Origin: Octopus vulgaris
Lineage: Eukaryota
Direction: 5' to 3'
DNA length: 64,000 bases
Assembly (NCBI GenBank): GCA_951406725.2
Contig: OX597816.1
Span: 88,040,001 to 88,104,000, forward strand
The notes beneath the pieces are model-generated. The model had not been told where the DNA came from. It did not search any database and worked only from the letters and a program-made list of their open reading frames with translations. How positions within the stretch are numbered: the stretch's first letter is position 1; the number at the start of each line of letters is the position of its first letter. Made by a program: the position numbers and the translations under genes. Below are positions 27,694-38,324 of the stretch, in pieces.

Positions 27694-28444
27694 TTTGTAC
27701 ACAAACATTTCTACATATACACACGCAAACAAATGGCGGGAAGGATAGAATAGGAAAATAATTATTTCTTAGGTCTGACTGTTCTCTAACAACGACAATA
27801 CCTCGCTCAGAACGTTTAATCGAACAGAAGTATGTGCTGGGTATGTCACAGTATTTGTCAAAGTTCAAAATCACCTCAAACTGAACATCCGCATTCAATC
27901 TTTAATTAATTTTAATTTTATTTTCACAATTGTCTCCCTTGTCTTGATCGAAATTAATCACCAGTGTCAAGTTTTTTTTCTCCTCACTACAAATGTAATA
28001 ATACTTAATTGAAGTTTCTTGGCTAACTATAGTATTTTAATACCAGCTTAAATTACACAAAAAATGCCACAAAGGTTAAAAATAAAATAAAAACACTCGG
28101 AAGCACACAAAAGTAGACTGAATGGTATAAACTAGAAGCAAAAAAAAAAAAAAACAACAACAAAAAGTAAAAGAACAACAACAAACAAAAAGTAAGAAAG
28201 AAAAGAATGAAATTTAAAGTAGGAAAACAGACGGTGACAAAATGATAAAGACAAATGGAAAGAAAATTTTTCCATACAGTGCGTCTTGCCAGACCAGACG
28301 GGGAGGAAGTCTAATGGTGACGTTAACATTTTGACAGGAATCGGAAAGCATGATTATAATTACACAAGATCAAGGTCTAGTCACACGCAAATACCAAGAA
28401 GAAATTGTTAAAATGTTAACGCCACAGGCTAGCTCTGCAATACA

Positions 28445-28547
<103 letters not shown>

Positions 28548-28598
28548 TTACATACATACATACATAATACACATATATATATATGTATTTATGCATAC

Positions 28599-28632
<34 letters not shown>

Positions 28633-28636
<4 letters not shown>

Positions 28637-29090
28637 TTAGCATCCCGCATATCCTGAGGGACTGTACCCTCTTCCCAGTACTGACACAGAAACTCATGAA
28701 GGTGCCGAAGCAAGATGGTATTTTTACCGGCTTTGATGATCTCTGAGGGGATGCCATCTTTTCCCGGAGCCTTGTTACTGGCTAGGGAGTCAATAGCCTT
28801 GGTGAGCTCTGCTATCGATGGCAGACTGTCAAGTTCGCACATGACTGGAAAGATCTTGACACCCTCGATTGCAGCCTCAGCTACCGTGGTCTCTCGTGAG
28901 TAGAGATCCTGGTAGTACTCCACCTATCTATCCATTTGTTTGCTTTGGTCTTTGATGAGAACTCCAGTAGTTGATTTTAGAGTGGCTGACTTGGTTGCGG
29001 ATGGACCGAGGGCCTTCTTCAAACCGGCATACATCCCACGGGTATCGCCACTGTCAGCAGCTGACTGGATACTCTGACAGTTTTTCTGCC
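28633..29090 (-). mobile_element. RTE-clade LINE fragment, region upstream of RT (inverted)
   Basis: IQSAADSGDTRGMYAGLKKALGP...[10 protein letters not shown]...[26 protein letters not shown]...[15 protein letters not shown]. Confidence 0.92.
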
Positions 29091-29408
29091 AATATTAGCA
29101 ACTGGAAAGCAGTTGCCAGCAACCGTGGAGATTGGCGATGTACCGCAAAAGAGGGAATACAAGGAGTGACAAAAAGAGAGAGAGGAGAAATGGAAAGACA
29201 GGAAAAGACGTCAACAAGAAACTATGGCATTACAACCAGCCAGGCAAAGTATTCGATACATTTGCGGCACATGCCACAGTGTTTGTCCAGGATAAGACTA
29301 CACAGCCACAGCAGATGTATTAGGACATGAAATGTAAAAGCCGGACTAGATTATTCTATGCGCAACTCCATTGCCTCCCGAGATAAAAAGGATGCCAACA
29401 ACAGCAAT
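29091..29408 (+). mobile_element. RTE-clade LINE 3' end
   Basis: NWKAVASNRGDWR and CLSRIRLHSHSR (RTE C-terminal motifs); 3' UTR ccattgcctcccgagataaaaaggatgcc followed by a (CAA) tail. Confidence 0.85.
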
Positions 29409-29427
29409 ATATATATATATATATATA

Positions 29428-29880
29428 TGGATAGACGAATGTTGAGGTGGTTTGGCCACATGGAGAAGATGGATGAGGAGCGGATAGTAAGGAGAGTGAT
29501 GAAGGCAGAAGTGGTAGGCAGCAGAACCAGAGGCAGACCTCGGTTTGTGTGGATGGATGGGGTTAGGAAAACTTTGGTGGTTAGAGGTGTTGGGGTGAGA
29601 GAGGCAAGAGGGGTTTATAAATGATAGGAAAGCTTAGAGAGTGTTTGTTGATGGATGAGTAAATTTGATGTTCCTCAAAGGAGTACGGAACCAGCATGAT
29701 GCGGCGGGGAGTAAACTACCATATGCTGTCAGGCCCCGCAGCTGATATCGGAGGTCGCGTTCTATGCTTTGACCCGAGCATAGAACGGGGCTTCTCTCTT
29801 TGAGTTGGGAAATGAATGGAATGCCTGGTGTGTGTCTTGTTGTGGCTACCTCCTCCTAAAAAATGGGGAATAGGCCTGGG
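29428..29880 (+). mobile_element. Second RTE-type LINE 3' end (different family)
   Basis: LRWFGHMEKMDEERIVRRVM...RTRGRPRFVWMDGV; flanked by (TA)n on both sides. Confidence 0.85.
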
Positions 29881-29940
29881 TATATAAATATATATATACA
29901 TATATGTATATATATATGTGTATGTATATACTTATATGTA

Positions 29941-29994
<54 letters not shown>

Positions 29995-29997
29995 CAT

Positions 29998-30031
29998 TTT
30001 TCTGACGAAGAGCTCCGCTCGAAACGTTAAA
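29998..30031 (+). ncRNA. Minimal type-I hammerhead ribozyme motif with intact core
   Basis: TTT-CTGACGA-A-GAGC[tcc]GCTC-GAAA-CG-TT-AAA; a paralog lies at 46636-46668. Confidence 0.8.
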
Positions 30032-31785
30032 CCATCCTTCTTTCCTTCTTTCCTGAGCGCCCAATAACACTATACTTGCTCCACGTCCTCGCGTTGTTGT
30101 GTTTGCTCTTTGTACATATATATATATATATATACTTGTATGTATACATATTTATGTATATGCATGATATATATTCATGTATGTATGTATGTATGTATGT
30201 ATGTATGTATGTATGTATGCATGCATTGATGGATATCAAGTAAGCATTTGACTAAATGATATTGACTGCCAAAACCTCTCAAGATCAGAATATATCCACA
30301 GACGTAAGCACGTATATCTAGAGGACAAGGTACTTAAATAAAAAAAAAAGAAAAGCGAAAAAAAGAAACAGCTGAGGATGAGTAATGAGAATGCAACAAG
30401 CTCTCTATGTGGAAATGGTATAGATATCACACTTAAGAACAAGCTTGTCCCTACTGACAAGAAAATAAATGTGAGTTGCCTTGTTGTCAATGATACAATG
30501 AAAGCCTTATGTATTTTGATAAATATTTCGATTCTCTCTAAGCAAATGTCGGACGTTAGGTAGCAAAGTGCTATTGAAATACCAAGGAACTCAACATAGA
30601 AAAACGCAAAAAAGATATGAGCAATAACAGAAAAAGACAGTCGCAATGTATGGTTAGAAAATACTATTACTAAGTAGAAATGCTATAGTAGTAGTTCTTA
30701 CGCACGAACCACAAATAGTATTCTATACACAACCTACATTTTACGTAAGGTACTTTCCAGATTAACCTTTCGTCTATCACCACTCAAGTAAGTGTTTATT
30801 CATTTAAGTATAGCATTTCCTCAAATATGAGACCATGGGTTATTTTAAATATCATTATATTACGAAAATATTTCTAGGAGGTGGCTTGGGCGAATCCCTA
30901 GAAGACAGGCACAATAACTGTCGTAATTAGCTATGAACCCTTGTGCTTTGACTAAATCTTGTTTAGGCTAATTTTACCTTTTATCCTCCCGGTGTCAAGA
31001 ACATAGATTAAATGTCAAAATCTGTAGTCGATTTAATCGAATATATCATCACCAGCATGTGTAACCTTGTGCCAGTATTAGAAATCAATAAAATAAAAAA
31101 AAAACTTTATAATATTGATTATAAATTTCACGAAAAACGAGGGGAAGCATTAAAATAACACAACATGATACAAGAGAAAGCACTCAACATAGGTACGTAA
31201 ATGGACCAGAGACATATTTCCACTACACTATAATACAATAAACGACTTCAAAAAATCAAAAACACATACTGTGATGCAGTGAAAAATCTGTAGGAAAGCA
31301 CGACTAAAATCAAATAATGATTTCTAACCTAAAACTCAAGGTCACATAAGATGAGGAAGTGGGTGTGTCTAGTAAATCGACAGCTTTACTTGACTCTTAC
31401 CTATTATATCGGCTGCACAAACAGATAATTTAGGTTGTGAAAATATAAATATATATTTAGCGATATAAATATGGAAATAATGTAATCTAACATTCGATTT
31501 AAAAGTGGCATTTTAATATATATGTATATGTATATGTAAATTTCGTTTAGAGATTTTAGAACTAGCTACTTTGCTAACACACTCATACACACACATAAAT
31601 ATAATATAAAATAATATGATATAGAATAATAATAATATAATATAAAATAATATAATAGATGAAATATATTATAATATACGTGGCTTCTTAGCAATTGAAC
31701 CTAAAGGCAAATTAATAAACAAGGACACAAAGTAGTACACACACACACACACACACTCACATACACATACACACGTGTATTTCTC

Positions 31786-32963
31786 GGTTTAAGAAGAGAC
31801 AAAATTTAGATAATCATCCTATAGTTATGATTTACATCAGCGTAATAAATACGTATAAGACAATAAATATACCAAGACAAGGAACATATCAATACATTAT
31901 TTAGAATAGAGATAAAAAAATACGAGGCAAAAATATACATGCAAAGGATAAAGAGTGATACATCGATTAAAGATTCATATTAAATTTAAGATTAAAAATG
32001 TTGAATTAAGAATTAAAAGTTGTAAGATACAACGACTGCAGGGAAATCTTAATGATGGATTTAAAAATCAGAGAAATAATAAGGATAAATTTGTTTTAAG
32101 AGTCCCAAAGAAAGTTAATCTGCCATCATCCTACACTAAAAATCGTGAATCATAGTAAAAGTGGTTGCTATCTGATACAGTAGCCTATGACCAACATGAA
32201 CTAACCTTAAATTATCCTTTCTATATTTCTTCGGTGGAGGCCCAGTGGTTAGGGCAGCGGATCGCGGTTTCGATTCCCAGACCGGGCGTTGTGAGTATTT
32301 ATTGGCCGAAAACACCTAAAGCTCCACGAAGCTCCAGAAGGGGGTGGTGGCGATCCCTACTGTACTCTTTCGCCACAACTTTCTTTCATTTTTTTCTTCT
32401 GTTGGCCTGCTCGCTTAGCCAGCGGGGTGGCATCATTTGAAGGCTAAAACAATGCAAAGCGCATTGTGACCAGTGATGTGTAGCAACATCTGATAGCCCG
32501 GTCGGTCACGGTGATCACGGTGATATTTCTTAGATTCTTGCTACCTATTTCTTTACTTCTTGAAGAAGGGGAACATTGTCAGTGTGGAACTAAAGGATTC
32601 ATACCTTGTAGACAAATGGACTCCAGAAACGATATTCGGAATACATCTTATATGGTGCTATAACCCTCTATAAACATTTCTTTAACTCTTAAAACAAATT
32701 TATCCTTATTTCTCTGATTTTTAATTCCATCATTAAAATTTCTCTAACGTCGATATATCTTACATTTAATTCTTAATTCAACATTTTTAATCTTAAATTT
32801 AAAGAGTTTCAATCGATGTATCACTCTTTATGTATTTATCCTTTTCACTTATATTTTTATCTCATCTTTTTCTTATTTCTATTCGAAATAATATATTCTT
32901 GTCTTAGTGTATTTATTGTGATGTAAATCATAACTATAGGATGATTTTGTCTCTTCTTAAACC
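31786..32963. repeat. About 300-bp diverged inverted repeat pair (31786-32104 / 32685-32963)
   Basis: For example ggtttaagaagagacaaaat vs attttgtctcttcttaaacc, and ataaggataaatttgttttaagagt vs actcttaaaacaaatttatccttat. Confidence 0.9.
32231..32525 (+). mobile_element. SINE family C-related copy inside the inverted-repeat spacer
   Basis: gatcgcggtttcgattcccagaccgggcg...acctaaagctccacg shared with 4375-4440; (ggtgatcac) tail. Confidence 0.8.
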
Positions 32964-33403
32964 AAGTTATGTAATGTCTAGCGTTTCGGATTCGACCTGA
33001 GGGCTTCCACGCAATTGTAGCTCTCAGTTATGTTACAGGTTACAGCTAATGGCATCGATTAGTATTTAACGTCTATGACTACTAGGAGTTTGTCACGTAC
33101 ACTTCTGAAGGTTAATTCCATGTTCGCTAGACGGGATGGTAATATTTGGAGTATATATTAGGAATAATTATAATGATAGAGAATATGGAGACTGGTACAT
33201 CCTTCTCAGAATTTGTTTCTTTTATTTTACAGTGTCATAAATATATTTCGTTCGTTTTTGTATTTGGTTTGCAAGATTCTTTATGTGAATACGTGTGTTG
33301 AAGCATATTTTATTGTGTCTGGGGAAAGTCATTTCGTTTTAATGCCTTATTAATTAACGCACCCACCGGTTCGATTTCCACTCATTTACTTATTCATACT
33401 TTT

Positions 33404-33440
33404 CTAAAATTTTCGCTGCTTCTTGCAACCTCTTCAATAG
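33404..33440 (-). ncRNA. Minimal hammerhead-like motif (UUGAAGA core)
   Basis: Minus strand: CTA-TTGAAGA-G-GTTGC[aagaa]GCAGC-GAAA-AT-TT-TAG; AAATTT palindrome. Confidence 0.6.
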
Positions 33441-33563
33441 TCGTTGACTCTGTCCGTTATCGGAGCTCCGATTTATTTTAGAGAAAATAAGTAAATGTGT
33501 GGGAGTTGAACCAGTGAATGTGTTAATTAATAAGGTATTAAAACAGAATGACTCTCTCCAGAC

Positions 33564-33633
<70 letters not shown>

Positions 33634-33943
33634 GTTATCGCCATACTTATATGGCAGTCTTATAAATATAAGACTAAAGCTGTCGCTGATTAGCTCCAAG
33701 AAGCCACCGCCTCAAGCTAGCTATTTGACACACAACCTGCGTCCATTATAAATCTTCGAACAGGTTTATAATGGACGCAGGTTGTGTGTCAAATAGCTAG
33801 CTTGAGGCAATGGCCTCTTGAAACTAATCAGCGACAGCTTTAGTCTTATATTTATAAGACTGCCATATAAGTATGGCGATAACTATTAATTTCCAGTAAC
33901 GCTGCCGTAATCTCCTTTAGAGAGACTTAGTAATTTTAATATT

Positions 33944-33993
33944 TCTATTATTGAAAACAAGTGGATGTATGCCACTGAAACTAGGTAAATAGA
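33944..33993 (+). ncRNA. Hammerhead-like motif, U3-A8 core, with extra nucleotides
   Basis: TCTATT-a-TTGAAAA-ca-AGTGG[atgtatg]CCACT-GAAA-CTAG-g-TA-AATAGA. Confidence 0.5.
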
Positions 33994-34041
33994 TTCTTCG
34001 AACAGGGACAGTCAGTAGCGACACCTGCTGGGTCTGACTAC

Positions 34042-34084
34042 GCTGCATTGATAACGGGCAAATACTCTGAAACATGTCTGCAGC
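34042..34084 (+). ncRNA. Minimal type-I hammerhead motif, U3-A8 core
   Basis: GCTGCA-TTGATAA-cGGG[caaata]CTCt-GAAA-CATG-TC-TGCAGC; 6-bp helix I, palindromic CATG, weakened helix II. Confidence 0.72.
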
Positions 34085-34239
34085 TGTCTGACTGGCAGGA
34101 TGAAGCGGCTGACCTCCCCTGTTCGAAGGTTTATAATGGACGCAGGTTGTGTGTCAAATAGCTAGATTCCTATGAGTTCTCTGATGGCTCAAGCATTTCC
34201 TACCAGAAATCATACACGTAAAAAGTGACACTCGTTCAT

Positions 34240-34242
<3 letters not shown>

Positions 34243-34301
<59 letters not shown>

Positions 34302-34325
34302 TATTTCTTTCTTTCTTTCTTTCTT

Positions 34326-34342
<17 letters not shown>
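34243..34342. repeat. (TTTC)n/(CT)n microsatellite
   Basis: Direct observation. Confidence 0.95.
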
Positions 34343-34356
<14 letters not shown>

Positions 34357-35429
34357 GCGTATGTGTGTGTGTATACATACATACATGCATACATGCATAT
34401 CAGCAAAACTTGAAAATTCTTTTTTTTTACAGTCGCAGTATTTGAAAAACTTTTCTTAAATCAAAAAATAGATCTATATACATACATATATGCGTATATG
34501 TGTGTGTGTATGTGTTGTGTGTGTGTGTGTGTGTGTGTGTTTGTGTGCGAATAAGTATTTCTGACATAGGCACAAAGCTATTCATTATAGGGGAAAAGTC
34601 GATTAAATCTGGGCCATATCGATTGATAATTATTTTATCGGTTCAAGGAAGATAAAAAGTAATATCCATTACAGAAGGGATTTGAGATTAAAACATAAAT
34701 GGACGTAAAAACAATCTGTTTGATGATCTACCGATTCTGCGAACCTACGGCTTTTCACAGAAATAATTGTTTCGAAATTAGGCGCATTTTGAAGGGAGTA
34801 CGTTAGATCGATACCATCGCCTTCTGTAGATGGCTAGTACTATTATCGATGCTGGTGAGATGAAAGGCAAAGTTCATCTCGGTGTGATTTGAACACGAAA
34901 TGTAAAGAGCTGGGACAAAAACTGCAATCTATTTTCAATGGCGCTCGTAATATTTTGCCCAGCTGTGACCCATACAGGAGCAGGTAATGTTATTTAATCG
35001 CGATCTAATATACCATTAACTGTTATGACTAAGATAAGCTGAAAATCTAATAGAAATAACGTAGATACAGGGCCACGGTTTTCGCGAGAACAAATGTTTG
35101 ATTAAATCGCTTTGTTATCTTAGTAATTTTGGAATGCCGAAAGGCGAAGCCAACCTCAGTGAAATCTGAAATATAAATTTGTCAAAAGCGCATACTGAAA
35201 ACTTTATGTAAACTTTCCATTAACTCTACATTGAAGTTAGCTGACGTTTTATAAAATTTGTTTTCATAAAATATAATCCCTGCGCAAGCCTAAAAATATA
35301 ACAGTCTTTAGTCGTAAGAAAAAGGTGACGCCGCGAAACTAAGAGTAACAATGTAACGATAGTCCAGAATCTACTCCTTAACATACACATATATTTACAT
35401 ATACATGTACATATTCCTTTCCATATCGG

Positions 35430-35510
35430 TTAACACTGATGAGCGTAAAGTTATATAATCGGATTGTAAGCTATCATTCCATTGTATTTTTACGCGAAAC
35501 CGATTGTTAA
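35430..35510 (+). ncRNA. Hammerhead motif with long loop II
   Basis: TTAACA-CTGATGA-GCGTAAA[39 nt]TTTACGC-GAAA-CCGAT-TGTTAA; helix III and the cleavage site are imperfect. Confidence 0.65.
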
Positions 35511-35581
35511 GCTCAGCCGTGATGGATATTTAATACTGTACATTTCGGATAATGTTTATACACACACACACACACACACAT

Positions 35582-35622
<41 letters not shown>

Positions 35623-35639
35623 TTATTGATGTCACATAC

Positions 35640-35798
35640 TTAATGTATGCAGTTATTTCATCGGAAGTGGGTGAATTCAAAATATCAGGAGATAATACTA
35701 ACTCTTTTCTCACTGAAAATTTTCTTCCATGCATCATATTAAATTTCGAAATCTTCTTCAATTTGACAAGTGCTTTGTCACTGGTAGAGTTTTTTTGG
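35640..35798 (-). CDS. Candidate internal coding exon of an unidentified host gene
   Basis: tatattatAG|...159 nt open frame (QKNSTSDKALVKLKKISKFNMMHGRKFSVRKELVLSPDILNSPTSDEITAYI)...|GTatgt; symmetric phase 2/2. No homology recognised. Confidence 0.25.
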
Positions 35799-36559
35799 CT
35801 ATAATATAGTTTGATTATGATAAGTATGTATGTTTGTCTATGTATGTATGTATGTATGTATGTATGTATGTATGTATGTATGTATGTATGTATGTATGTA
35901 TGTGTGCATGTATGTATGTATGCATGAATGTATGTATTATGCATATATCTATATACATATATATATAATATGTATATATAATACATATATATATAATGTA
36001 ATATATATATATATATATATGACCATATATATATATACACATGTATACATACACACGTCCACATGTATCTATATTGATTGCTTCTTACACAGGAGCCACG
36101 TTTCTTGCTTTACTACGTTTGTAGTCGAATGTTAATTACATCTATACAGCATGATTCCAATGGGACGAGTTTATAAACGTCTTACGAGAATTGTTTTAGG
36201 TTTTCTTTATGACAACTAATTTCGGAAGTCGAAGAATGATTATCCATTGTGTGTGTATGTGTGTGTGTGTATTCCCTTATCTTGGATCCTCAAATTCCGA
36301 TTGAGTCATAGGGAAACCAACATGATATATTGAACGCTAGTGTTCTCCTTCTGTCGCATTTATGTACCAGAGCTTGGGTTCCCATCAGCGATTTGGCTGT
36401 CCACACTTTAATACTGTCCTTCTTTTTCACTCTACTTCTTTCTCCTTCAGAGACTTGTTGATAAAATAATTTTGCATGAATATTAGACCATAATATCCCA
36501 GCCTCCTTTTTTTCCACCGTTATGGCAAGACCTATTGTTGACACAAGCCCGAATAAGCT

Positions 36560-37630
36560 GAACAGCAAAACTGAAGACGTCAGTAAAAAAATGCGGAAGA
36601 CCCAACTGTAGGATATGCGTCAATTTAATTGAGTTCTTCAATCAGGGACAACGTTTCACAGTGAAAAGTAGTTTCACATATGCTTCGGAGAACCTGATAT
36701 ACGCACTAACCTGCTCTGGGTGTCAAGAGCAATACATAGGCCAAACAAAAAACAGTCTGCCTCAAAAGATGGCTTTGCACAGATCCAAGATCAAACCCCC
36801 CCATCCCCAAATAGCATTCGACATTTGCGCCTATAACAAAAATCCAAGCTTCAGAATTTTCCCCTCTATCAGTTCAGGGACGACACAACTACGAATTAGT
36901 AGCCTACGAATTAGTAAAGAGACTCTCTTCTTTACAAAATACAGATCCCTTTTGAACGCATCTACAACAAACGACATATCCACCGCGGTCTTAGAATAAC
37001 ACACACGTAAATATTAAAAATGATTCATTTAAGAGATACCCAAGAATTCATTATAAACAGTACCAATCACTGCTATAATCCCAAACGAGTCACTTTTATG
37101 TCACTTGATCATTTAATACTACCATCCTGTATTCTTTTATTATTCTTCTCTGTCTCCTTTTTCGTCTTTTTCTTCCTCTCCGCCACCTCATTCCTTCCTA
37201 CTACTGCTATTTAGAATAACACCTACGCAAATATAAGCAATACATTCAAAAGAGATATCTCAAGAATTCAATCACTACTAGCGTCCACAACATGTCACTT
37301 TCAGGGCATTTAACATCTTACAACTATCATAGCACTCCCGCATTCCTCCTCCTCACCCTCTTCTTCTTCTTCTTCTTCTCTTCCTATTCTCTGCCTAGAA
37401 TTCACAATGGCCTCGAACCCACAAGAGTAAACAAGAGTGACAGAGACAGACAGAAACAAGGAAAATGCCCTTTGTATTTGAATACTATGCGAATATTCTT
37501 TTAAAAAAACTTTCCATTTAATTTTTCCCAAATTTAACTGTCTCCATACTTACAGTTGAAAAAGTCTCAATGACCGAAACCGGTACTGAAATGTATTTTA
37601 TAAAATTATTTTAGCATTTTCAACCTTGAC
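36560..37630 (+). mobile_element. Penelope-like element 3' remnant: GIY-YIG endonuclease + pseudo-LTR
   Basis: KKCGRPNCRIC zinc-finger, then NLIYALTCSGCQEQYIGQT...MALHR (GIY-YIG); homologous to 57690-57960; hammerhead near the end; abuts (TACA)n/(TA)n. Confidence 0.85.
37553..37588 (+). ncRNA. Minimal hammerhead motif, U3-A8 core, in PLE pLTR
   Basis: CAG-TTGAAAA-aGTC[tcaat]GACc-GAAA-CCGG-TA-CTG. Confidence 0.72.
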
Positions 37631-37677
37631 ACACTCACATATGGATACATACATACATACATACATACATACATACA

Positions 37678-37754
<77 letters not shown>

Positions 37755-37816
37755 CCATGATAGATCGCTAGCCATTACACATTCTTTATTTACTCTCCTT
37801 GTTTCTTTCTGTGTTC

Positions 37817-37852
37817 CTTTCTGTGGAAGAGACTAGGCTCGAAACGTTAAAG
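37817..37852 (+). ncRNA. Hammerhead-like motif with A6->U core (CUGUGGA)
   Basis: CTTT-CTGTGGA-A-GAG[actagg]CTC-GAAA-CG-TT-AAAG; same architecture as 29998-30031. Confidence 0.6.
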
Positions 37853-37954
37853 AAGAATTTTTCACTTCCCGAGCGTTATACTAATACATATGTTTGTTGT
37901 CTACACCACCTGTCTTTGTTTTTGTGAATTATCCCTATATACATATATATATAC

Positions 37955-38112
37955 AACAGGCTTCTTGCAGTTTCCGTCTAAGAAATCCACTCACAAGACT
38001 TTAGGTCGACCCGAGGCTAAAGTAGAAACATTTGCCCAAAGCGCCACGTAGTGGGACTGAACCCGAGAACCATGTGGTTGGAAAGCAAGCTTTTTATCAC
38101 ACAGTCACACCT
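37955..38112 (-). mobile_element. SINE family B 5' half
   Basis: gtgggactgaaccc...accatgtggttggaaagcaagc. Confidence 0.8.
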
Positions 38113-38199
38113 GTCCACATTTTTTGCATTACTTTCATTGCACCCGTCATGACCGCAGAAAATAGCCAAACAATGGAAGAGGAATCTAATTTTTAACAG

Positions 38200-38324
38200 A
38201 GAGAAAGGGGCAAGATCACATGGTTGGAAGAATCGAACACACACTATTGGGTTTGGTGCAGAGACTGAATACCCAGTCCGTGCATAAAGCATTCTTGATA
38301 GCGTATTTACTTACTGAATTACAG
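38200..38324 (+). CDS. Candidate internal coding exon of an unidentified host gene
   Basis: ctaatttttaacAG|125 nt, one open frame RKGQDHMVGRIEHTLLGLVQRLNTQSVHKAFLIAYLLTELQ|GTacgt. Confidence 0.25.

Larger units (their letters stand above)
33633..34165 (+). mobile_element. Non-coding retrozyme/pLTR-like element: 120-bp fold-back plus 365-bp unit with terminal direct repeat and two hammerhead motifs
   Basis: Arms 33633-33752 and 33765-33884 are near-perfect reverse complements; 33765-33800 recurs exactly at 34130-34165; (TA)n on the left. Confidence 0.75.
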
